A stretch of DNA of 64,000 nucleotides from Tubiluchus corallicola (Eukaryota > Animalia > Priapulida): contig JAQGDQ010000012.1 of assembly GCA_030141605.1 (NCBI GenBank), positions 62,001-126,000 on the forward strand, in the 5' to 3' direction. A program made the position numbers and the translations under genes. Of the stretch, positions 41,064-64,000 are shown piece by piece; positions within the stretch are counted from its first letter, which is position 1; each line of letters begins with the position of its first letter. Under the pieces are notes generated by a model that worked only from the letters and a program-made list of their open reading frames with translations, searched no databases and was not told the origin of the DNA.

Positions 41064-41788
41064 TACTACACAGAAAGCTGTTCGTCTAACTTTAGTTGTT
41101 ATTTTTTCTATTAGTTCGCAACCAGAGTAATATATAATTATCAGAGAAACTGTCGCGTATTATTAACTAATTTTTAATTATTGTTTGTTATTGAATCCCT
41201 GTTGCATCGTTTGCATGCTAGAGAGAATAGCGTTCGCCAGCCATAGACTTGATTTTAGAACGACAACAAAAGTTGTTGATTTTCCGTATTTCTTTAATGG
41301 AACGTAGTAAGAAAGAAGTAATAATACCGATATTTACTGGTATAGAAATTAAAATCTGTTTGCGCTTTAAAGATCTTGAAGCTGAAAGTTTGGCAGGATT
41401 TTCGAAAAGGCCATAGAATTCCAGACAGCATTGCAAAGTAAAGTTTTTATCGTATACATTTAACCCCAAATCTATGAGTGAGGAGCGGTGTGTCTAATTT
41501 ATAAAATTATTAAATATGTAATTTATTATATAAAACTATGATTTGAACACAAAATAGTCATCTGAAGCGCAGAAATTGTCACTGTCAGAACTGTCAAAGC
41601 CTATATGTTGAACTTAATGTCTTTCATTTTGAGCTTTATCAGATTAAGATTTTGAACCTCCGTGCTGCATGTTACTTGTTAGCTTTACCTTTAAAAGTGT
41701 TGCTTGACCTCGTTTCACGACAGTTGTTTGTCATTTTATTACTAGAATGTGTGTGACTTGAGTAAAAAAAGGGAACACCATTAAAAGC

Positions 41789-42429
41789 TAGGCCTGTAGC
41801 GATACATTATGTATGGTGTATTGATGCATCATTATATCTTTTATTATGATATGTGTATTACTAAACTGCACTCGTATCATGAATTTGTGATAATCTGAGC
41901 CAATAATATTTAGCATATTAGCACATGCTTGGCTGTATGCTGTGGAGCGATGTGAAGTATTTTAAGCTGCAGCTGTAGAGTATGCTGTAGATACATATCA
42001 ACCAGTGCAGTGCACAGTAATTGACTTAACACAGGCCCTGCCAGCAGCCAAAGTGGTTAGAAATGCAAGGTGTTTAATCTGTAGTAGGATAATTATGTTG
42101 TTTACATAATAAACTTGTGAAATGCCAAAAGTAAACCAGAAAATGCACAAGCAACTTTTAAGCCTAAAGTATTGATAAGTTTTGCCTCTCTGGGGTTAAA
42201 ATGCAAACAACAGCATCATTTACACATTACACTAGTAATAAATAAAAATCAGACAGTTAGTTGAGTCATTTTAACATTTAGCAATCTTAAAACTGTTGAT
42301 TAATAAATCTATTATCAATGGCTTCATCTAGTTTTTTTGTAAAACATGCAAACATTAACTCAGGTGTATTGTGAGGTTAGTATCATGATATGCATCGTAT
42401 CGTGACCTAGATGTATCATTACAGCCCTA
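41789..42429. mobile_element. hAT-like MITE
   Basis: TAGGCCTGTAGCGATACA ... TGTATCATTACAGCCCTA TIRs; GATAC/GTATC subterminal repeats; flanks TTAAAAGC / CTAGAAAC (5/8, all differences transitions) fit a decayed 8-bp TSD. Confidence 0.65.
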
Positions 42430-43029
42430 CTAGAAACAACAAGGTGCCATTTGGACTACAACTAAATTTTCGAAATTAATGCAGCAGAGTATCTTCTAAC
42501 CAGAGAATACAGCATATGTGGTGATTAACCAGATGAATTTTGAATAGTATAAAAAATATTTTTGAAACAGAACGACTTTCACAAACAAATTTTTCACTTT
42601 CACATAAATTTTTGACAGCTAAAGAAGATTTCATCTGCCATGTCTGTCCGCTGGTGGCACCTTCCTACTCACAATTGTCAGTAAAATGGCCCAGTTCTAA
42701 GATTATTGTCAGTAGTTAGTGAGCTAACAGTAACTTAACTAACTGTTTGCTTCCACAGGCAGTTTGAATGTTGACGTGGTAATCTATTGTTTTAGTTTTT
42801 AATCCCCTAGAAATAATCTAGGTTCTTTCTCTTTCATTTTCTTCCTCCCCCCTCTCTCTCTGTCTCTCTCTCTTCCTCTTGCTCTTCAACTGCAGTATGT
42901 AGGCGTAGTTGCTTTAAAATGCTTAATTTTTTAAACTTGTTTAAATTTCTCTACACTACGTGGTGTTGAGTCAAGTTTTGTGAAAAAAGAACACATGAAA
43001 AAATGCCCATTTTGGCTGCTTTCATCCCT

Positions 43030-43207
43030 CCCCCTGCCCAGGAACCTGCGTCAAAATGCATCCTTCTTGTTCCTTACCCACCTTCTCCACAAAGTTTCAT
43101 GGATATCTTCTTGGTAGTTTTTGCGTTAATAGGCTTATTGCTGTATTTATGTAACAGACAATAAACAAACAAACAGCGTTGGAGCATAACTTTCTTGGTA
43201 GAAGTAA
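43030..43207 (+). mobile_element. HINE/DINE-1-like (Helentron-associated) 3' end fragment
   Basis: CCACAAAGTTTCATGGATATC..GTAGTTTTTGCG, an (AAAC)n run, then ATAACTTTCTTGGTAGAAGTA (decayed terminal hairpin), in the order recalled for HINE ends. Confidence 0.5.
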
Positions 43208-43476
43208 AAATAGCTAACATAATTATCCATCACAGTAATTGTATCTCTAATCTGATATTTTATGTGTCATGTTTTCCTGTGCCATTTTTACCATGCCATT
43301 TTTAACTTTTATCATTTTTATGGTGCACCAAAAAATAGTACCATCCCTCAATGACAAATTCAATGTCAGTATTACACAGTGTAACTGTAGCGTACCGCTT
43401 GACTCTACCACTTTACAGATTTCTTAAGTGTTATAATTGAGTGTTAGGCAAGTAAACATGCAAATGACAGTATATA

Positions 43477-43530
43477 TGTGTGTGTGTGTGTGTGTGTGCA
43501 TGCGTTTGCGTGCGTGTGTGCATGTGTGTG
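43477..43530. repeat. (TG)n microsatellite, imperfect
   Basis: Visible TG run with TGCA/TGCG interruptions. Confidence 0.9.
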
Positions 43531-43757
43531 ATGTATACACTATGTATATACATTGGAATGTGGTTGGTAATGATGATGAGCAATGTTCCTATCTCCCCGC
43601 CAGAGCCACCACAATCATATTCTAAGAAAGCTTCCTCATTGAATGCTGGAATTATGAAAAAATTTATATATTTTGGTTTGACAACCGTTTAATGTTTATT
43701 CAATTAAAAGACTTAAGTTGTTTTAACATTTTTAATAGTCATTTTTAATTTTAGGTT

Positions 43758-44564
43758 ATGGCTGACATTCCATATTTGTTTACTCCAAATCAACATTCTT
43801 CGAGTAAAAAAGCTTCGCACTCAAAACGAACTCGTACTCCATCTGCATCATCAGTAGTTTCCTTATCTGCTGTGAGTTTACCTTCACCTATACTCAGTCC
43901 AACTACTTACTTTTTGGAATATAATTTGCTTGCTGAATATAACCTGTTGAGAAATCATGTTATACCAGGGGTATATATTTTACCCTCCTCTCATTCATCT
44001 CTTTTATGGTATGGTGTGATCTTCGTTAGGCGTGGCTTATACCAGGGTGGAATTTTCTCATTTGATATGTACATTGAAGATGCACATCCGATCTGTTCCT
44101 GTCCTCGAGTTTTTTTCAACCCTGTTATATTTCATCCGCTGGTTGATGCAGAGACTGGAGAATTTGATGCAGCTAGAGAATTTCCGAACTGGAGCAGTCA
44201 CAATCACATCTATCAAGTACTGCAATTTTTACACACCAGCTTTTATAAGTTTGATACTGAGCGTCCATCAAATTCACATGCAGCATTTCTTCTAGAATCA
44301 GATATGGAGCTGTTTAAGGACAAAGTTACTAGATGTATTGAAAAGTGTGCTAAATTGCAAAGTGAAAATTGTAGTGATGACCCTTATCGTATAAAGTTGC
44401 AGACTGTGTGTGATGATCAGACATGGGATGAAATAAAGGGAAAGATGCGGAGGCAGCGAGCAGGTTCGAAAAGCACAGCTTGTAATGCACAAATCTCTGG
44501 ATTGTCTTGGATGAGGCCAGGCTCAACTCAATTATTTTCTGCACACACTGACCTGGAACATTGA
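43758..44564 (+). CDS. AKTIP: AKT-interacting protein / Fused toes homolog (catalytically inactive E2 variant), single coding exon, 268 aa
   Basis: 268-aa ORF with YFLEYNLLAEY, PGVYILPS, WYGVIFVRRGLYQGGIF, CPRVFF..FHPLVDAETGEFD (Asp at the E2 catalytic Cys position), HNHIYQVL, and C-terminal GLSWMRPGS typical of AKTIP/FTS. Splice acceptor ttttag at 43749-43754, 3 nt before the ATG, so a short upstream coding exon cannot be excluded. Confidence 0.93.
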   Translation: MADIPYLFTPNQHSSSKKASHSKRTRTPSASSVVSLSAVSLPSPILSPTTYFLEYNLLAEYNLLRNHVIPGVYILPSSHSSLLWYGVIFVRRGLYQGGIFSFDMYIEDAHPICSCPRVFFNPVIFHPLVDAETGEFDAAREFPNWSSHNHIYQVLQFLHTSFYKFDTERPSNSHAAFLLESDMELFKDKVTRCIEKCAKLQSENCSDDPYRIKLQTVCDDQTWDEIKGKMRRQRAGSKSTACNAQISGLSWMRPGSTQLFSAHTDLEH

Positions 44565-47189
44565 CCGTAAAGTGCTATAATCAAAAACATTTTAATAGTT
44601 TTTAATGTTTATTGGTTGTGATTATGATTTTTGCCTTGATATAATAGGCCACATATTAAAATACCAATGGTTATGTTTAGGCAGCTTAGATAACTGAATA
44701 ATTACATTTTTTAGTTTTTATGATTTATTTTCATCATTGAAATAAGATTTTTAGTTATTTAAGCAAGCTTACAAAATAATTTTTTATTTATGAGTACAAA
44801 ATTAAAATTCATGTAACTCAGAGGTTCATTAATTCTAGTAGTTATTCCCTGTGGTAAATAGCCCTCAGTGAAACGTACATTTGTCTATTATTACTCATCC
44901 AGTATCTGAACTTCTATAGACAGGTCTTTGTGAACAGTACTGGATGCAGATTAAAACCATCCTTAAGGGAAGTTTTCAGTTGTTATTCTTATAAAAATAA
45001 TACTACATGTACATTTTTTAATTTTAACATTTGCTCATTTTTATCGGCCTATGCTATGCTTTTGTGTATTAAATTAATATAGTGCAATAATGTGCAAGTT
45101 AGTTAAAGCCTCCCACCTTATTTTTCCTTTTTTCCCATAATAACATGCATGCAGTATAAGGCAATACCATCGATTGTACCAGTACTCTACGATTTGTAAG
45201 CTTATCTGTATTAATAGAGTGGGATTTTCTTAATGCATGGGTTTTTAGAAATATATCTTGTTACTAAGTATTAAGTTTTTTAGCCTGGGTCAAGGATTGT
45301 TCAACTGACCATTTTATTTTCTGCTTAAAAGTAATTAAATATGCACATTACAAGAAAAAGGTTGTTGAGGCCATCTCGGAATCTGTTTGTTTTATGTGCA
45401 GAAGAATTACAGATTCTCACTATTATTTTGCCCCCGTACTTTTCCACAAATCTTTTTGAGCTCATTCTTTGTACCCATTAGTGACCTTAGTATCTTTTAC
45501 CTCCTTAGTATCTTTTACCTCTGTTCATTTGGAAAAACAACGTCAGCAACTATATCTAATTGTATCTACTTAGACATCTTAGACTACAAACTTCTAATTG
45601 TGTCTACCAGAGATCTCCATCAATTAATACATCTTGCAATGTGATAAGATGATTGTAAACAGCACTGTGTGTACTTTGTTTTTATGTTGTGTGATTAATG
45701 ACAATCATGCAATAACCTTTGCTCCTGAGAATTGCCAACTCTGAAATCAGGCTTGGACTTTGACTCACCTGAAACAGCTCATTCTTTGCCAATGTCATTG
45801 CCAGGGCAATTGTGAGACCATGTAATTCAATCATTAATGTAGAATTAATACTATAGATTCTACATCAACGTCTAAGAAGGTGACAATAAAATGACATGAA
45901 ATGATTATGGTAATTAGGGTGCCTCTGAGAGGTGGCAGTTTATATTGTCCAACTTGCGTTTTTATCGTAAAATGTTACCTTTATTATTTGCTATTACTCT
46001 TTAAATGCAACACTTCCAATGCCGAACACTGGTAGTTGTGATTTGAAATAATCTCACATGCTTGGGATTGCTTGGTATACGCACTGTTTATTTTTTTGTA
46101 CTGAATTGATTTAAGAATTCTTTTTCATAAAATAAATAAAAGTTATTGTAAGATGCAAAGTAAGATTCTTTTATATCAATTAAAATGCATTTTAAATTAA
46201 TTTTAAAAAATGCAGTGTAATGTTAAATTTTTAAGTAAAAATCATAAAACGATATTTAATTCTGTAAATTTATTTCCTTGATTTTTTTGTGAGCAAGTCA
46301 TCATGATGAATTTGTGTTCCATGATTTGTTATTCCAGAAAATTATTGAAAAGTGACAAGCCTTTGTAATGTATTATTTTTCATTTGTATTAAAAATGCCA
46401 GTAGATGTTTGCCAGTTTGCAAACAGTCACAAAAATTGTGACAAGCTATATGTTTACATTTAAAGACCAACTAAGTAACTACAATAATTTCACAGAAAAT
46501 TCTGATACCTTACTGGCTTTTTTGTTCGAATACTAGTATCTGAATTATTGTGATTACAGAATTGTTGTAGTCGAAGTATTACAAATAGTTACGAGTTTTG
46601 GTTTTGCTATGTGCTATTCATTTGAGTAATTACAATAACTGAGTTTTTAGTAAATGGTATATTTTACTATTGACTAATGACAATTATTGACTATTAACTT
46701 TAACGGTTTTTTTCGGATTTTTTTAACTTTAGTTGTATCTTTGTTTTTATGCAATGCTGATCTGTGAACAATAAAGTTGCAGAAGGAAATTACGCTTTTA
46801 ATAAAGGTGCCTGCTAAAAATTGTTAGGAATTTAATGACCTGACAGAATATCTAATGATGTGGCGAAGAAGAACCCTTATAGTAAACAAATCTAAGTAAG
46901 GAGATTGCATTAGATTGGGCACGAACTAAGACTACCTAGGAAACTCAGTTCCTATAAAGCATTACATAGAACTTTAGAAAGACAAGAAAACCGAGGGAGT
47001 CAGATACTGTTGTATAATATAGATATGCTGCAGATTAGGAGTGCCTGGCAGCAACGTGGGGGGGATACCATGTTTAGATCGTATAAGCATGTAATCTACG
47101 AATAATTGGCTGCTTGTTTTTTTAATTTGTCAAAGTGTGCTGTTTCGATATCTACGGCTAATAAGTAATCACCATAGATCACCTCGCAA

Positions 47190-47419
47190 CTGAAAACTGC
47201 GCATGTTCCAACTTATCGGCAGTTATCGCATGACTTTCGCGTGACGAGGAAGGAATGGTTCTATAAATTTTGTTGTTGTGTAAAAATGTGCAGCTGTAAT
47301 ATGTAGCACCTAGGTTTGTGCCTTACTTTTCTTTAAATTTCTTTATGATCAGCAACTTTTCGTGAATAGGCTGTAAAGCCTTTATCGCAAGCAAAGCAAA
47401 CTGTATTAATAAAGTAAGT
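47190..47419 (+). promoter_or_regulatory. Candidate PCYT2 promoter and non-coding first exon
   Basis: CpG-retaining patch with TGCGCATG (NRF1-like half site) and TCGCGTGACG, followed by a strong donor AAA|GTAAGT at 47414. The PCYT2 ATG exon is preceded by acceptor ttcttcag ending at 48613. Confidence 0.4.
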
Positions 47420-48691
47420 AAAGCAAATTAGGTGTCGTGTTGTATGTTACTAAGTGGTTAAAGTTTCTCAAATCATTATAATAGAGAAATTTGGAATGCG
47501 TTCATTCATCAAATTACAAGTTTGTGTATAAGATGAATTAGCTGTGAGCTTGTGCCAACCAGATTCGTAAATTAATAGGTCCAATGCAAGTAGAGTGACT
47601 GAAAACAGCCCTATTACTATGTAGTTAATCTGCCATTACCGGGTTCGTGTAGCTTCATTTTCCTTATACAATACTCAATAGAGAATAAAACGGCTCAGTT
47701 TTCAGTTTTACATAGAAACATGTTCCAATAGTGATGGTGATTCAACAATTTTGATTCCTACTCTGAAGACTGATCCATTGTGCAAAATAGGAGAACTTGG
47801 AAGGTGAAGAAAAACTGAGAATGTGTTTTGTAAATTTTATTTAAAAGAAAGAAGAGAAGACAATTTTTATTTATCTCCTCAAAATATACATTTTACAGGG
47901 TAAAATTAATTGCGTATATAACATAATTCGAGAACAGTATAAGTGCGAAGAGGTCAGAAGATGAATTACAGGGGGCGTAGGAGACAGGGTAGCGAGGAAC
48001 CAATTGGTCATGAAGTCAGCTACCCTTCTATGATTAAATTGGCATGCGAAAATTAATAGAGAAAACTGAGAACATAATAAATGAGTGTGTAATTAAAAAA
48101 TATAACATGACAACAGAACGTGTACAATAACATACATATAATTTGACTAAGTAGTAGAAAGTACAAAAAAATAATACAAATATAAGCAAATAAAGAAAAG
48201 AGAAAAATGAAGTGTTTGATACGTAGATTTGTCATGATCAAAGCTAGGGCTGGCTTTGCAGTTTGCCAGTAGATTATGGACTCGGTAGACTACGATCTTG
48301 GCACGCCATAATCAAATGATGTCATTTTGTGCTGTGTTCTAATGTTTACCAGTTTATGTGCTGTTGCATTAATATTAGCAGTTATTTAGCATGCAGCTAG
48401 TTACATACTTAGCAGACTATATTTTTCCTTCAGAAATTTTAAGTAAGCTATTGCTGTGTTTCATTGTCATTCAGTCATACTACCAAGATAGCCACTGTGG
48501 CTGATTGCAACAGAAATAAAATTATGGCTACATATTAGCTTGCTAGACAAGCATAACATATATGTAACATATTAAAGATGGTCTGTAGATTTTTAGATCT
48601 CTATTTTCTTCAGGTTTATATTTCTGCTGCGCCTCTCCTGTGACAGCTATTGCAGAAACCTCCTCGGTTTCATTTATGATAAACAAAAAAC

Positions 48692-61202
<12,511 letters not shown>

Positions 61203-62188
61203 ATGTCTGACTGACCAGTATATTCTTGCATTACGAACAATTGTAGATCACGTGTTGTGAGCCAGTAAATTATACAACTGCTCAGCCATTGTATCATATA
61301 TAATTATTTTTGCCTTATTTTATATTCTGTGTAATTTTCTCATGTTTTTTAATTAATTTGTTTTATGTTGTCTTGTCTCTACTCAGATAAGTCATTCCAT
61401 TGTGCATGTATTGAGCTAATTTAATACCACTTGCGTCTATTACATAATTATATATTATAATTTTAACAGCATTGTTTTTACGATGAAATACACAGTTTTA
61501 ACTATGTTTCATGTCTTCAGTTTAAACATGTTGAGAATTTTGATGGCCTTTACGGTTTGTTGTTTATTTGCATGCTTTAGTGCAATCAATTAGTCTGATT
61601 TGTATCCTAAATATGCATTCTAATTTACTGTACTGTAGTAGGCTATGCTGAAAGCTATGCTAAGAACACTATATCTTAGACAAAGCCAAAAGTTGCATAT
61701 ACAGTATCTCGAAAGCCCAGCAATGACATGCAAAAACACATCATTCACATTATAATGTACTGAGAGTAATTTATTTTAGGTGTGTATCATTCCGTATATT
61801 TGATTCTTTATTTGTAATTCTAGTGGTAATTAACTTGCAAAGCGCAATGTGCAAAGTAGCAAAGTCTTCAACAAGCAGCGATGAGGATTACATTTTGCTA
61901 CTGAATCTTATTGTATAACATAAAATGATAATATTGACAAAATAAACACATGGTGTTGCTGGCTAATTTTGTAGTTAGCACCAGAATGTTGCATTACTAA
62001 ATATATGAAAGGAAAGCATATGGATTGGCCTGTTACATAAATTCTACTGTATGATTGCATAATAGATACAAATGCAACAACATAGACAAATAAGTGACGT
62101 AATTATATTATAACGATTAATTTCTATAAACACCTGATCTTCAGTCCTATGGCCTGCACCTTGTTCCCGTGAAGTTTTGTGTTAGATT

Positions 62189-63057
62189 TTAGATTTTCAT
62201 TGTATGTATACTGTTAACTTAACATTAAAGTTCAGAGTTTCGTTAGTTAAACAATAAGCACAATCCCGGTAATAAATCAATTTGAAAGTTAGTGTTAGCA
62301 CCAGTGGACAGAGAATTATCTAAAAGTTAAGCGAATTTGTATGTTAGATTTTCATTGTACGTATTCTGTCAACTTAAAGTTTGGAGTTTGTTAGTTAAAA
62401 CAATAAGCACAATCCCTGTAGTAAATCACTTTGAAACTTAGTTTTAGCACCCGTGGAGTTAGATTTTCATTGTACGTATTCTGTCAACTTAAAGTTTGGA
62501 GTTTGTTAGTTAAAACAATAAGCACAATCCCTGTAGTAAATCACTTTGAAACTTAGTTTTAGCACCCGTGGAGACAGAATTTTCTAAAGGTCAAGTGATT
62601 TTGTATGTTAGATTTTCACTGTATGTATTCTGTTAACTTAACTTTACAGTTTGGAGTTAGTTAGTTAAGCAATAAGCACAATCCCGTAGTAAATCACTTT
62701 GAAAAGTTAGTTTTGGCATCCGTAGATACAGAATTTTCTAAAGGTCAAGTGATTTTGTATGTTAGATTTTCACTGTATGTATTCTGTTAACTTAACTTTA
62801 CAGTTTGGAGTTAGTTAGTTAAGCAATAAGCACAATCCCGTAGTAAATCACTTTGAAAAGTTAGTTTTGGCATCCGTAGATACAGAATTTTCTAAAGGTC
62901 AAGTGATTTTGTATGTTAGATTTTCACTGTATGTATTCTGTTAACTTAACTTTACAGTTTGGAGTTAGTTAGTTAAGCAATAAGCACAATCCCGTAGTAA
63001 ATCACTTTGAAAAGTTAGTTTTGGCATCCGTAGATAAAGAATTTTCTAAAGGTCAAG
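62189..63057. repeat. Tandem array of ~154-bp units (6 copies)
   Basis: Units start TTAGATTTTCA at 62189, 62344, 62459, 62608, 62762, 62916 (spacings 155, 115, 149, 154, 154). Confidence 0.92.
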
Positions 63058-64000
63058 CAATAGGAATATTCAGTATTGGGCAATATAACTGACAGGTATA
63101 TATTGTGTGTATGCCATTTAAGGGTCTTATAACAAACACTATGTATGCTCAGCTTCAGGTGTGGATCTCGTTAAACAAAATCTGATGCCTTTTATTATGT
63201 AATGCACTTGAACTGAAAATAATATTTTGCTGCGATGAACAGAATTATTTACTTAACAAAGTGTTGCCAGATTTATTTATCTTTTCATTAAGACAGTGTA
63301 TACATAAACATAATTAGAATAATTTCAAATAACCTGTATAAAATATCCACAAATTCAAATATTAGTAAGGAGCAATTTCTAAAAGAACTTGCATTTCAAG
63401 CCAAGTAAACCCTAAAGGTGAATTTACAAGTATGCGCAGTTTAAAAATGTAGAAAAATGTTTGACAACAGAGAAAAAGCACTACAGCTAAAATGCACAAA
63501 TTACTGTAACATTATCATTGCACAGTAAGAATACGAGTAAATTAATCTGACTCTGGTATGAAAACCACCTGGAAAACTTTCAAATAATATTTTAACTGGC
63601 TTGGCACTTATTACTGCACACTAGAGCACTACATTATGAATCCTTTATCCACTGAACAAATGAGGATTGTGCTACATAAAATACAAAACTATAGCTGAAC
63701 ACATGAATGGTAGTGCAACATTTTGTTTTCTTGTCTAATATTTGGCATTATGCCAAAAAGTTGACTGCTTTGTAACGCACCGTTCTAAGTTTAATATTGC
63801 CTGTTTTCAGATTCTTACAACAAAATTTTTTTATCAGTTCCAACTTTTATGGTTTGTATTCAAAATCTAGATATACATGCATACCAAAATCATTTTTGAG
63901 AATAACAGAACATTTCCATCTACATGTATGTGTAACAGTAATCATGCTGACATCTGCAACCTTTATAATTTCTGTACTTATTTTTATAAATTTAGGTAGT

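Noticed and set aside
43437-43692. Cys/Val-rich ORFs, and the Ser/Leu-rich ORF at 59612-59800
   Set aside because: They are translations of (TG)n and (GA)n microsatellites.
44562-44570. Stop-codon readthrough context TGA-C in AKTIP
   Set aside because: A TAA follows one codon later, so there is no meaningful extension.
47985-48025. Short hairpin AGGGTAGC...GCTACCCT upstream of PCYT2
   Set aside because: An 8-bp stem is within chance expectation in 64 kb and nothing else supports it.
61495-61530. Minus-strand CTGAAGA-CAT-GAAAC hammerhead-like core
   Set aside because: Only 3 nt between core motifs, so helix II cannot form; likely chance.
62189-63057. CRISPR-like array
   Set aside because: Units repeat along their whole length with no unique spacers, the context is eukaryotic, and there are no cas genes.

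Overview
AT-rich, intron-rich, CpG-depleted animal genomic DNA, most likely an invertebrate (inferred). Five protein-coding genes were reconstructed by hand from splice sites and reading-frame continuity. (1) The 3' 17 exons of APAF1 (+, 657-14064; helical domain 2 plus about 15 WD40 blades; 5' end outside the window). (2) A complete 10-exon allantoinase (-, 27676-17769, 459 aa). (3) A complete 7-exon LRRC59 (+, 27796-36192, 340 aa), head-to-head with allantoinase with only 119 bp between start codons. (4) AKTIP/FTS with an intronless CDS (+, 43758-44564). (5) A complete 12-exon PCYT2 (+, 48692-61202, 390 aa) with one GC-AG intron. Introns and intergenic DNA hold many non-autonomous DNA transposons (Tigger/pogo-like TA-flanked MITEs of four families, a TTAA-flanked Kolobok-like MITE, hAT-like MITEs, HINE-like fragments), a self-nested inverted MITE forming a long palindrome, and a ~154-bp tandem array. 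I found no convincing novel multi-gene system. The best leads are the ultra-compact bidirectional promoter, the vertebrate-like APAF1 exon architecture with an extra acidic exon, the self-nested MITE palindrome, the intronless AKTIP, a degenerate Penelope-type hammerhead motif and a candidate antisense micro-gene inside PCYT2. Family assignments rest on recalled sequences, not database searches.
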